In this document: positions 9,273 through 18,216 of the stretch, piece by piece
How the letters are laid out: the number at the start of each line of letters is the position of its first letter
How positions within the stretch are numbered: position 1 is the stretch's first letter
From: Patescibacteria group bacterium
GTDB lineage: Bacteria > Patescibacteriota > Patescibacteriia > Patescibacteriales > JAQTRU01
Direction of reading: 5' to 3'
Assembly: GCA_041645555.1 (NCBI GenBank)
Contig: JBAZPX010000001.1
Coordinates: 127,479 to 191,478 of the forward strand
Length of the DNA stretch: 64,000 bases
The notes under the pieces: model-generated
Told to the model about the DNA's origin: nothing
Seen by the model: only the letters and a program-made list of their open reading frames with translations
Databases searched by the model: none
Made by a program: the position numbers and the translations under genes

Positions 9273-9827
9273 ATGAATCAATATTTAAAAACGAAACAAG
9301 GAGAATTTACCAAAGCCATTGATTTTTTTAAAAAAGATATTGCCAGTTTGCGCACCGGCCGGGCCAATCCGGCCATTTTGGAAGGAATTATGGCCGAAGC
9401 TTATGGCGCCAAGACTCCGCTTAACGGTCTGGCCAGTATAAGCGTAAGCGACGCTAAAAGTTTAGTAATTTCCCCTTGGGATAAGAATGTAATGAAAGAC
9501 CTTGAAAAAGCCATAGTGGCGGCTAATTTAGGCGTAGGCGTGGTTAATGAGGGGGATAAAATAAGAATAACCGTTCCGGCGATGACCGAAGAAAACAGGC
9601 GGGAATTAGTGAAGAAACTGAATGAAAAGATGGAAAAATCCCGTATTACTATCAGGCAGACCCGGGATGAAGTAAAAGAAGCGATAGAGAAAGGCGAAGA
9701 AGAAAAGGAAATTGCCGAAGATGATAAGTTTAGATTTATGAAAGAACTTGACGAGGAAGTGGGAAAGAAAAATGAGGAATTAAAAAATATAAGGGATAAA
9801 AAAGAGGAGGAAATAATGACGGTATAG
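9273..9827 (+). CDS. frr: ribosome recycling factor
   Basis: Full-length match to RRF (LRTGRANPAILEGIMAEAYG...ITVPAMTEENRRELVKK). ATG at 9273; the upstream GTG at 9249 lies inside a dispersed repeat. Confidence 0.9.
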   Translation: MNQYLKTKQGEFTKAIDFFKKDIASLRTGRANPAILEGIMAEAYGAKTPLNGLASISVSDAKSLVISPWDKNVMKDLEKAIVAANLGVGVVNEGDKIRITVPAMTEENRRELVKKLNEKMEKSRITIRQTRDEVKEAIEKGEEEKEIAEDDKFRFMKELDEEVGKKNEELKNIRDKKEEEIMTV

Positions 9828-10031
9828 TAGGAAGAGTTTGTGCGGGTTTAAACCGTTTATTAATCCTTTAATGCGAATTCTTTCTATGGACTTATATCTT
9901 CTTGCCATAATTCAAATGCCGCAAATAATAATTCGTAGCATTCGCATTATGGCGATATCGAGAAGATAGGCACAAAAGAATTCGGATTAAAGGTTCGATG
10001 TTCTAAGTAATCAATCTAACCGTGTTGAACT

Positions 10032-11351
10032 ATGATTTTAACAATAATTACTTTTTTAATAGTGTTTTCTCTTTTGATTTTCGCCCATGAACTGGGCCAT
10101 TTTTGGTTTGCCCGGAAATTCGGGGTTCGGGCGGAAGAATTTGGTTTTGGCTTTCCACCGAGAATTTTTGGCGTCCAGCTTTTAAAAGGAAAAAAATTAG
10201 TGAAAGTGGCGGAAAAAGAAAAAATGGAGATAAAAATTTCTGATTTTGAAACCAAGGATGGCGGGGAAATAATAAAAGAAACGATTACGGACGAGAAGCA
10301 AGAAACTCTTCAGTTAGTTTCTTTCAAGAAGTGGCGGTTTGTCCGAGGCAGCGGCGATCCGGAAATTAAAGCGGGCGAAGAGGAAATGCAAGCGAGCACC
10401 ATTTATTCCCTCAATTGGATTCCTTTGGGCGGATTTGTGAAAATCAAAGGTGAAAATGGAGAAGAAGAAAATGAGTCGGACAGCTTTGCTTCCAGGAAAA
10501 TCTGGCAAAGAGCGACAATTCTTTCCGCCGGGGTAGGCATGAACGTAATTTTAGCCGCAATTTTAATTTCTCTGGGGCTTATGATTGGCTTTCCCCAGGC
10601 CTTGGATAATATAGACTCTAGGGCTCGAGTGTCCGATAAAAAAATTCAGATAGCGCAGATCATACCGGATTCCCCGGCCGCTAAAACCGGATTTATGGCC
10701 GGCGACACCATAATAACTATCAATGATAAAGCGTTTGTCGCCGAAGAAGAACTGCAAAATTTTGTTGACGGCGAGACCGGGAAAGAATTGGCCTATAAAA
10801 TAAAACGGGGTCAAGAAGAAATGACCCTTAAAGCCATCCCGGAAATAAGAGAAGAAACCGGCCGGGGAGGCATAGGCATAGCTATAGCGACAACCGGGCT
10901 GGTAAAATACCCATGGTATTTGGCGGTTGAAGAAGGGATAAGGGAAACCGGGCTTTTAACCTGGGCGATAATCGTGGCCTTTTATGATTTAATAAAGGGA
11001 TTGGTTATGGGACAGGGTGTGGCGGTTGACGTAGCCGGGCCGGTCGGCATTGCGGCTTTAACCGGCCAGGTAGCGCATATGGGCCTTATTTATATTTTGC
11101 AGTTTACCGCTCTTCTCTCTATAAATTTGGCGATTATTAATTTTTTGCCTTTTCCGGCTTTGGACGGCGGCCGGGTCCTATTTTTAATAATAGAAAAAAT
11201 TAAGGGCTCGCCGGTTAAGCGGGAATTGGAAGCGGCTGTCCATAATATCGGCTTCGCCTTGCTCATGCTTTTGGTTTTAGTCGTAACTTTCCGGGACGTA
11301 GCCAGGTTCGGGGACAATTTTAAAGCGTTATGGGAAAGGGTAATTGGATAA
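10032..11351 (+). CDS. rseP: RIP metalloprotease RseP (site-2 protease, M50 family)
   Basis: HELGHFWFARKFGV HExxH in TM1, central PDZ domain, C-terminal LNFLPFPALDGGRV motif. Confidence 0.85.
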   Translation: MILTIITFLIVFSLLIFAHELGHFWFARKFGVRAEEFGFGFPPRIFGVQLLKGKKLVKVAEKEKMEIKISDFETKDGGEIIKETITDEKQETLQLVSFKKWRFVRGSGDPEIKAGEEEMQASTIYSLNWIPLGGFVKIKGENGEEENESDSFASRKIWQRATILSAGVGMNVILAAILISLGLMIGFPQALDNIDSRARVSDKKIQIAQIIPDSPAAKTGFMAGDTIITINDKAFVAEEELQNFVDGETGKELAYKIKRGQEEMTLKAIPEIREETGRGGIGIAIATTGLVKYPWYLAVEEGIRETGLLTWAIIVAFYDLIKGLVMGQGVAVDVAGPVGIAALTGQVAHMGLIYILQFTALLSINLAIINFLPFPALDGGRVLFLIIEKIKGSPVKRELEAAVHNIGFALLMLLVLVVTFRDVARFGDNFKALWERVIG

Positions 11352-11369
11352 CTCCTACGAATTACAAAT

Positions 11370-11440
11370 CAATTATCACCGCCTAGGCGGGATCCCGCCT
11401 TCAAATATTATAATAAAGTGGCGGGACAAATATACAAATT
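11370..11440 (+). repeat. dispersed ~60-nt element, copy B (upstream of hpf)
   Basis: aattatcaccgcctaggcgggatcccgccttcaaatattataataaagtggcgggacaaat, about 95% identical to copy A. Confidence 0.8.
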
Positions 11441-11569
11441 ATTATAATTTAAGGTTAGCCAATAAAGTTAAAAGTTATAAAGTTTGTAAAGTTTTCTATA
11501 ATTTAAAATAATAAATAATAAAAAGAATTTTTATTCGTAAATTCGTATAAAATTCGTAATTCGTAGATT

Positions 11570-11890
11570 ATGCAAATTAGGATTAAAGCGACGAAGATTA
11601 AATTAACGCCGGAAATAAAAAATTATATCCAGGAGAAAATGGATATGGTGGAGAAATATTTAGGCGATACCCAGGTCCTAAACTGCGACGTGGAAGTCGG
11701 GATGTCGGTCGGCGGGCAAAATAGTGGACAGATTTACCGGGCGGAAGTTAATTTAGAAGTGCCGGGGGAATTACTGCGGGTGGAGAAAACCGAGAAAGAA
11801 ATATTGAAAGCGATTGATAAAGTCAAAGACCATCTGGAAATAATAATTAAAAAATACCGGGGAAAGAGAATTGACAAAAAAAGAAGATAA
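11570..11890 (+). CDS. hpf: ribosome hibernation promoting factor / RaiA family
   Basis: Size and sequence pattern (MQIRIKATKIKLTPEIKNYIQEKM...VEKTEKEILKAIDKVKDHLE) of sigma-54 modulation/YfiA proteins. Followed by a rho-independent terminator. Confidence 0.7.
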   Translation: MQIRIKATKIKLTPEIKNYIQEKMDMVEKYLGDTQVLNCDVEVGMSVGGQNSGQIYRAEVNLEVPGELLRVEKTEKEILKAIDKVKDHLEIIIKKYRGKRIDKKRR

Positions 11891-11905
11891 GCGCTAAGAT
11901 AAAAA

Positions 11906-11935
11906 GAAAGGGAGGAAGACTCCCTTCTTTTTTTA
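11906..11935 (+). terminator. rho-independent terminator after hpf
   Basis: aagggag-gaaga-ctccctt stem-loop followed by a T8 run. Confidence 0.7.
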
Positions 11936-11993
11936 GATATTTTGAACTTTGACAAAACGACAAAAAACATAAAAAGCAACAAGGAGGCTGGGA

Positions 11994-13697
11994 ATGAAAA
12001 CTCCAACATTAGCAATCGGTTCTGGCGGAGATCGTGCCGATGAGCATAGCGGTTTTTCTTCAATTTATGATGGACGCGAAAGACATTTTACGCTAGAAAC
12101 GTTGCCGCATTCTTGCGCGGTAAAAAACGCCGAAGTCTTAAAAGGAGTATGTTTGAATCTTCGCTCTGATGCGATGAACAGAATTACTGTTTGCGAGAAA
12201 TACGGTTGCAGCCCGCCGTGGCTAAAACAGGCGAGTGGCGGGGCTCATAATCTTAGCTTAGATGCCGAAGCTGAGAGAGCCAGAAAAAATGCGGCGGCTG
12301 ATAATGGCGGAAGAGCCGAGGGCAAAGTCAAAACTCCTTTTTCGCTTCCCAAGATTAGAGGAGAGGGCAAGGCAGCGAAAGCTAAAAAGCCGGATGATAC
12401 CTTAAAAGCCGTAGAAGCAGATCCAGTTGCAGCTGAGGCAGCTCTGGCGGATATAAGGGCTGAAGGAGCAGAGGAAGTCGGGGCTGAAACCCTTGTTCTT
12501 GTTCCCGGGGATGGGGAGGATGAAGAAGCCGGCGGAGTTGACGCAATTGAATCAGAAATAGATGCAGCTGTGGTTGTTGCAACCAGGGCGGATATGGGGG
12601 TTGATGAAAACAGGGAAGATGATGGGGCTGAAACTTCGGTTTCTACTGCCGAGGATGATTCTGGGACAGGGGAAGGACCTTCATGGGGAGAGGAAGTGGA
12701 AAAAATTCCCCCTTCAATTTTAGAGGGGGCGGTTTTAATGAAGATCCCGGTTGATAAGATATACCCCAACCCTGAACAGCCGAGAGAATTCTTTGACAAA
12801 GAGAAACTTGGTCAGCTAAGAAAGAATCTTAGAAAGAAAAACCAGAAAGTGCCCGTTACCGTTATCAGAACGGAACAAGGCTTTGAATTAGTTGACGGAG
12901 AAAGGAGATGGCTTTCTGCTAAAGCAGGAGGCTTACAAGAAGTTTTCGCAATTGTTCTTGTCTGTTCAGATATTGATATTTTTGAAGAGGCAGCCATTGC
13001 TAACCTTGGCAGGGAGGGTCATACTCCGATGGAGTATGCCAAAACCGCGGCAAAGTTGATTGCCAAGTTAGAAAAAGTTGTAGAAAATGGCAAACCATTA
13101 AAGAGAGGGGTGATAAATGAAAGAGTGGCAGTAGCGTTGTGCATGTCTGTCCAAACAATGTTGAACTATTTGGACCTTCTTAAAGTTGCTCCTGAAATCC
13201 AAGAGCAAATAGTCCTCCATTCGCGGGACAAAGACTCGGGTGTTCCTTCCGGTCTGGCCGTTGAATTAGCCAAGTACATCCCCGATCATCAAAAGCAGAG
13301 GCGGTTATTGGAAAAAATTCAAAATGAGGGGATGTCAGTTGCCAGAGCCAAGCTATTCATCAAAAATCATGCCGGGCCAGAAGCGGGGAAACCGGGAAGC
13401 AGAAAAAGACAGCTGTCTGACGATTATCCCATTTTTTGCAATTCTTTGAAGATTATGGAAGATAGAGTCGATCTAGCCTTGGAGATGGACGCCCCAAAAA
13501 TTATCATGCTGTTTTATAGTCGGGATGGTAAAGACAAGGCAAGGGCTCTTGAGCGTTTGGATAGGATTATGAAAAAACTCCAAAAGTTGCGGGAAACTGT
13601 CCACAACGAGGGCAGTATCAAAGATGTGGTAACGGACAGTGTTAAAAAGCTTTGGGCGGCTGATAAGCCCGGTGGGCAAGGAGAAACGGAGGAATAA
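11994..13697 (+). CDS. ParB/Srx-like nuclease domain protein with a long acidic Ala/Glu/Asp-rich N-terminal region
   Basis: Central ParB N-terminal domain (KIPVDKIYPNPEQPREFFDKEKLGQLRKNL...VIRTEQGFELVDGERRWLSAKAGG, i.e. the GERRxxA box). The N-terminal ~240 aa are low-complexity and acidic. Local GC is ~50%, against ~38% for neighbouring genes. Confidence 0.6.
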   Translation: MKTPTLAIGSGGDRADEHSGFSSIYDGRERHFTLETLPHSCAVKNAEVLKGVCLNLRSDAMNRITVCEKYGCSPPWLKQASGGAHNLSLDAEAERARKNAAADNGGRAEGKVKTPFSLPKIRGEGKAAKAKKPDDTLKAVEADPVAAEAALADIRAEGAEEVGAETLVLVPGDGEDEEAGGVDAIESEIDAAVVVATRADMGVDENREDDGAETSVSTAEDDSGTGEGPSWGEEVEKIPPSILEGAVLMKIPVDKIYPNPEQPREFFDKEKLGQLRKNLRKKNQKVPVTVIRTEQGFELVDGERRWLSAKAGGLQEVFAIVLVCSDIDIFEEAAIANLGREGHTPMEYAKTAAKLIAKLEKVVENGKPLKRGVINERVAVALCMSVQTMLNYLDLLKVAPEIQEQIVLHSRDKDSGVPSGLAVELAKYIPDHQKQRRLLEKIQNEGMSVARAKLFIKNHAGPEAGKPGSRKRQLSDDYPIFCNSLKIMEDRVDLALEMDAPKIIMLFYSRDGKDKARALERLDRIMKKLQKLRETVHNEGSIKDVVTDSVKKLWAADKPGGQGETEE

Positions 13698-13701
13698 TAA
13701 T

Positions 13702-13740
13702 AAAAAACCCGCTAGCCAGTAAGGCAGGCGGGTTTTTTCT
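13702..13740 (+). terminator. rho-independent terminator (A-run/T-run flanked)
   Basis: aacccgc...gcgggtt stem followed by T6. Confidence 0.65.
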
Positions 13741-13821
13741 TATTATTGCTTTTTTTAGGAAAAAGTTATATAATAATTTTGTTAATAATTCTTATCGCGC
13801 TGAAAGCGTGCTTTTTAATAC

Positions 13822-16629
13822 ATGGGTATTTTAGGAAAAATCTTCGGGGATCCGAATGAAAAAATAGTAAAAAAACTGGAGCCGATTATTAAAGAAATAA
13901 ATGCTTTAGAGCCAAGGTTTGAAAAGATGAGCGATGAGGAGTTGAAGGGAATGACTGCCGAATTTAGGAAAAGACTGGGAGTGAAAATGGACGTTGCTGA
14001 AAAAATAGGATCTCTCCAGGATGACATAAAAAAGAAACTGGATGAAATATTGCCGGAAGCTTTTGCCGTGGTAAGAGAAGCAGGAAAAAGGGTTTTAGGG
14101 CAGAGGCATTATGATGTCCAGCTGGTAGGCGGCATAGTTCTTCATCGCGGCCAGATTGCGGAAATGAGGACCGGAGAAGGCAAAACTTTAGTGGCGACCT
14201 TGCCTCTTTATTTAAACGCTTTAGCCGGCCAGGGCGTGCATCTGGTAACGGTTAATGATTATTTATCCAGAGTGGGCGCGGGCTGGATGGCGCCGGTTTT
14301 CCATCTTTTAGGACTAACGACCGGCGTGATTATCCATGACACTGCGTTCGCTTTCGACCCGGAATTTTCGGATGATTCGCAGTATGATGACCGGTTAAAG
14401 CATTTCCGGAAAATAGCGAGAAAAGAAGCTTACCAATGCGACATAACTTATGGCACGAATAACGAATTTGGCTTTGATTATCTGCGCGATAATATGGTGC
14501 CGTCTTTGGGGCAAATGGTGCAAAGGGGGCTTTATTATACGATTGTTGATGAAATTGATTCTATTTTAATTGATGAGGCGAGAACCCCTTTGATAATTTC
14601 CGCTCCGGCCGAGGAGTCAACCGACAAATATTATAAATTTTCCCAATTGGTGGAGCGCTTAAAAGAAAAAGAAGATTATAACGTGGATGAGAAAATGCGG
14701 GCGGCAACTTTGACCGAAACCGCCATTACCAAAATGGAAAAATGGCTGGGCGTGGAAAATATTTACGTCTCCGGCGGGGTTCGCGATGTCCACCATATTG
14801 AGCAGGCCTTGAAAGCGCGGGTTTTATTTAAAAAGGACCGGGATTACGTCGTGAAGGAAGGCCAGATTATAATCGTTGACGAGTTTACCGGCCGTTTGAT
14901 GTTTGGCCGGCGCTACAGCGAAGGATTGCATCAGGCGATTGAAGCTAAAGAAGGCGTGGAGATCCAGAGGGAATCGCAGACGCTCGCGACCGTCACTTTC
15001 CAGAATTATTTTCGCATGTATAAAAAATTATCCGGTATGACCGGCACAGCCGTCACGGAAGCCGAAGAATTTTCTAAAATCTATAAATTAGAAACCGTGG
15101 TTATTCCCACGAACCAGCCGATGATAAGGAAGGATATGAATGATTTAATTTACCGCACCGAAGAAGGAAAATTCAAAGCTGTGATTGAAGACGTAAAAGA
15201 AAGAAATAAGAAGGGCCAGCCGGTTTTAATCGGGACGATTTCCATTGAGAAAAACGAGCTTTTGGCGGAAATGATGAAAAGGGAAGGGCTTGACCCGCAG
15301 GTTTTAAACGCCAAGAATCATGAAAAAGAAGCGCAATTTATCGCTCAAGCCGGCCGGTTAGGCACGATTACCGTGGCCACTAATATGGCAGGCCGGGGCG
15401 TAGATATAATTTTAGGCGGAAATCCTCCCGATAAGGAAGAACAAAAAAAGGTAATTGAAGCGGGCGGCTTGCACGTGCTTGGCACCGAGCGGCATGAAGC
15501 GAGAAGAATTGACAACCAGCTGCGCGGGCGGTCCGGCCGCCAGGGCGACCCGGGCTCTTCCCAATTTTTTGTTTCGACTGATGATGATTTAATGAGAATT
15601 TTTGGCGGGGACCGGATGAAGGGCTTAATGAAGACTTTGCGCGTGCCGGAAGACATGCCGATTGAAAACCGGATAGTTTCCAAGTCAATTGAATCCGCCC
15701 AGATGAAAGTTGAAGGCAATAACTTTGATATCCGCAAACACCTAGTTGAATATGATGACGTGATAAATAAGCACCGGGAGTCAATTTATCGTAAGAGGAG
15801 AGAAATACTGGAATTAGCGGGAGAGAAGGTGGTGGAAGATAAAGAAGGAGAAAAGGAGGAAAACAGCAGGACTTTGTCTGGCATAATATTTGATATGGTG
15901 GAAAATGAGATTGAGCAGGTAGTAAGTTTTCATACGGCTTCGGAGATTGTCAAAGACTGGAATTTAAACGAAATTTACGAAGTGGCCTCCACTATTTTCC
16001 CGGTAGAAAAAGGATTGAAAAAAGATTTGTCCGCTTTTGCCGAGGATGAGGGCAAATTAAATAAGGCCCGGGCCCGGACAGTGATTATTGAGCATTTAGT
16101 GAAACTGGCAGGAGAGAATTACGAAAAGATGAAAGAGCAGTTCAAGGCCATTGGCGCCGGTTTTAATTTTTCCGAAATTGAAAAAGCGATTTTAATCCGT
16201 TCGATTGATATGTTGTGGATAGAGCACTTGGATGCCATGGATTACATGCGCCGGGGCATAGGACTCCGCGGCTACGGCCAGCACGACCCCTTGGTTGAAT
16301 ATAAAAAAGAAGCTTATCATCTTTTTAACGAACTCAATAGCTTAATCCAGAAAGAAGTGGTTTATTCCGTTTTTAAAGTCGGGGACATGAACCAACTTAA
16401 AGCTCCGAGCCTGGTAGATAGGGCGAAACAGTTCAGCGCCCCGGCTAAAACAATGGACGAGAAAACTTCTTCTTTTTCCGGCTTTAAGCAGGCGGATAAA
16501 GGCAGTAATTCCGGCACCATTGATATGGTTAAGCCAAAACAAAAAAATGCCCAAGGGGAGAAAATCGGCCGCAATGACCCTTGCCCGTGTGGTTCAGGCA
16601 AGAAATACAAGAAGTGTTGCGGAAAGTAA
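13822..16629 (+). CDS. secA: preprotein translocase ATPase SecA
   Basis: Full-length SecA: DEAD motor domains, GRSGRQGDPG, C-terminal zinc tail CPCGSGKKYKKCCGK. Confidence 0.95.
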   Translation: MGILGKIFGDPNEKIVKKLEPIIKEINALEPRFEKMSDEELKGMTAEFRKRLGVKMDVAEKIGSLQDDIKKKLDEILPEAFAVVREAGKRVLGQRHYDVQLVGGIVLHRGQIAEMRTGEGKTLVATLPLYLNALAGQGVHLVTVNDYLSRVGAGWMAPVFHLLGLTTGVIIHDTAFAFDPEFSDDSQYDDRLKHFRKIARKEAYQCDITYGTNNEFGFDYLRDNMVPSLGQMVQRGLYYTIVDEIDSILIDEARTPLIISAPAEESTDKYYKFSQLVERLKEKEDYNVDEKMRAATLTETAITKMEKWLGVENIYVSGGVRDVHHIEQALKARVLFKKDRDYVVKEGQIIIVDEFTGRLMFGRRYSEGLHQAIEAKEGVEIQRESQTLATVTFQNYFRMYKKLSGMTGTAVTEAEEFSKIYKLETVVIPTNQPMIRKDMNDLIYRTEEGKFKAVIEDVKERNKKGQPVLIGTISIEKNELLAEMMKREGLDPQVLNAKNHEKEAQFIAQAGRLGTITVATNMAGRGVDIILGGNPPDKEEQKKVIEAGGLHVLGTERHEARRIDNQLRGRSGRQGDPGSSQFFVSTDDDLMRIFGGDRMKGLMKTLRVPEDMPIENRIVSKSIESAQMKVEGNNFDIRKHLVEYDDVINKHRESIYRKRREILELAGEKVVEDKEGEKEENSRTLSGIIFDMVENEIEQVVSFHTASEIVKDWNLNEIYEVASTIFPVEKGLKKDLSAFAEDEGKLNKARARTVIIEHLVKLAGENYEKMKEQFKAIGAGFNFSEIEKAILIRSIDMLWIEHLDAMDYMRRGIGLRGYGQHDPLVEYKKEAYHLFNELNSLIQKEVVYSVFKVGDMNQLKAPSLVDRAKQFSAPAKTMDEKTSSFSGFKQADKGSNSGTIDMVKPKQKNAQGEKIGRNDPCPCGSGKKYKKCCGK

Positions 16630-16740
16630 TGCGTAGCGCTAAACAAGAAAATTCCGAGTCTCGCCCCGCCGAAGTCCCACGCTCGGGACGAAGGAGGGTG
16701 CGGGAGTGGGAAGAAATATAAGAAATGCTGTGGGAAATAA
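16630..16740 (+). repeat. GC-rich hairpin element (72 nt) followed by a 39-nt in-frame duplicate of the secA C-terminal zinc-tail coding sequence
   Basis: 16702-16740 re-encodes GSGKKYKKCCGK* in the secA frame, with 9 synonymous differences from the authentic copy. 16630-16701 contains CCGAAGTCCC-acgctc-GGGACGAAGG. Confidence 0.7.
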
Positions 16741-16741
16741 T

Positions 16742-17014
16742 ATGGAAAAGACAACCTCAAATTTCGATAAAGAAATATTGAAAGCAAGCGACGAAGAGCT
16801 CAATAAAATTTTGAGCGAGGCATGGAATAAAAAAGATAGCTATGGATATCAAATGGAGTATCAACTTAAAACCTTGATTGTCAGCATGATTAAAAATCAG
16901 CGGCATATAGATAGGATTGAAGGTCGGAATCAAACCTTTACTAAAATAATTATTTGGCTGACCGTTGTAAATGTTATTGCTACTATCGTCAACATATTAA
17001 TTTCCCTGCGGTAG
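16742..17014 (+). CDS. hypothetical small protein with a C-terminal TM helix
   Basis: ORF with a hydrophobic C-terminus (IIIWLTVVNVIATIVNILISL). The start at MEKTT (16742) is chosen because the upstream part overlaps the duplicated secA tail. Confidence 0.35.
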   Translation: MEKTTSNFDKEILKASDEELNKILSEAWNKKDSYGYQMEYQLKTLIVSMIKNQRHIDRIEGRNQTFTKIIIWLTVVNVIATIVNILISLR

Positions 17015-17186
17015 GTTATTGAAAAGCGAAAAATGCCATGTGATTAGTTCTTTGTTGTTATACCGCGTTTGATGTGGCATCCAGGATTCATGCGGTATAA
17101 CCCTGGATTCCCGCTTTCGCGGGAATGACAGAATGGGGGAACATAAGAAGCGCCACGGGAAGTAGGAACTGAGCAAAATAATTATT

Positions 17187-17705
17187 ATGAAAAATATCGT
17201 GAAAAAAGTACTGATTTTAACCGGCCCCGGGGGGTCTGGTAAAACCACAATGGCTGATTTGCTAGTTAAAAGGCGCGGTTTTGTTAAAGTTGACGGCGAC
17301 AGGTTAGATAGTGAATTTTTTCCCGAAGGGAAACATTGGCTGCCGGAAAATTTTAAAAAATTAAAGCAAGCGCATGATAAAATTTTTATTGAAGTGGAAA
17401 AAGCATTTAATCAGGGTGAGAATAATATCGTTCTTGACTATATAATATTTGGCCATTATCTGGAATTTTTTGAAAAATTTAAAAAAGAATTCAGGGATAG
17501 TTTAGAAATTAAGGTTTTATTCCCGACCAAAGAAGAAATGATAAAAAGGGACAAAGAGCGCGAATGCTGGACAACCGGGATAGAGCGCATAGAGGCCGTT
17601 CGGGCAGAATTTGAAGCAATTAGAAATGAAGCGGGCGGAGATAATTTTATTGACACGACCGGGCAAACGCCGGACGAGACTTTTGAAAAATATTTTAAGG
17701 GTTAA
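17187..17705 (+). CDS. P-loop NTPase (nucleotide/nucleoside kinase-like, AAA_33-type)
   Basis: Walker A LTGPGGSGKTT at the N-terminus. Size and pattern of small kinases. Function not assignable. Confidence 0.5.
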   Translation: MKNIVKKVLILTGPGGSGKTTMADLLVKRRGFVKVDGDRLDSEFFPEGKHWLPENFKKLKQAHDKIFIEVEKAFNQGENNIVLDYIIFGHYLEFFEKFKKEFRDSLEIKVLFPTKEEMIKRDKERECWTTGIERIEAVRAEFEAIRNEAGGDNFIDTTGQTPDETFEKYFKG

Positions 17706-17710
17706 ATTTT

Positions 17711-18043
17711 ATGATTAGCTATCAGGATTTTGAAAAAGTAGATGTAAGAGTCGGAGAAATTATGAAAGTGGAAGATTTTCCCGAAGCCAAGAAACCGGCC
17801 TACAAGCTTACTATAAATTTTGGCCCGGAAATTGGCATTAAAAAATCTTCGGTTCAAATTACGAAGCGCCATACTAAAGAAGAGCTAGCGGGAAAATTAG
17901 TTATCGGAGTAGTGAATTTTCCGCCCAAACAGATTGGCCCGTTTGTATCTGAAGTTTTGACTCTTGGATTGCCAGATGAAAACGGAGATGTAGTATTATT
18001 GATGCCGACAAAAAAAGTGCCAAAAGGCGGGAAAATGTTCTAA
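17711..18043 (+). CDS. csaA: tRNA-binding protein (CsaA/YgjH, EMAP/Myf domain)
   Basis: FEKVDVRVGEIMKVEDFPEAKKPAYKLTINFG...LVIGVVNFPPKQIG matches the OB-fold tRNA-binding domain. Confidence 0.8.
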   Translation: MISYQDFEKVDVRVGEIMKVEDFPEAKKPAYKLTINFGPEIGIKKSSVQITKRHTKEELAGKLVIGVVNFPPKQIGPFVSEVLTLGLPDENGDVVLLMPTKKVPKGGKMF

Positions 18044-18216
18044 ACTTCTGCACGAGAAATAAAAAAAGCCGCGAGAACTGCTGTGGGTATCTAATCCACA
18101 TCTCGCGGCAGCCCAGCGCATTGCGCCCGGCGGAAAAAGTGGGAGAGGGCCAATCCTCACCACCACCGAGCCAAAATGTATCATAACTATACAGGAAAGG
18201 CAAGGAATTAGAAAAA

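Noticed and set aside
12245-12799. 184-aa and 66-aa minus-strand ORFs inside the ParB-like gene
   Set aside because: They are antisense to the Ala/Glu-rich low-complexity coding region, giving Ser/Ala/Pro-rich nonsense translations. They are a typical artefact of GC-rich low-complexity sequence.
15345-15784. 130-134-aa minus-strand ORFs inside secA
   Set aside because: They lie entirely within a well-supported conserved CDS on the other strand. They are Pro/Arg/Ser-rich and non-globular.
16630-16701. The 72-nt element after secA considered as a tRNA (tRNA-like length)
   Set aside because: No acceptor-stem complementarity between its ends, no T-loop GTTCRANYC or D-loop signatures. Related copies at the U32 locus are reverse-oriented hairpin elements.
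18086-18098. 13-nt match (reverse strand GGATTAGATACCC) to the universal 16S rRNA 785F/806R primer region
   Set aside because: Similarity does not extend beyond 13 nt on either side and no other rRNA-like sequence surrounds it. It is treated as chance inside a local hairpin.
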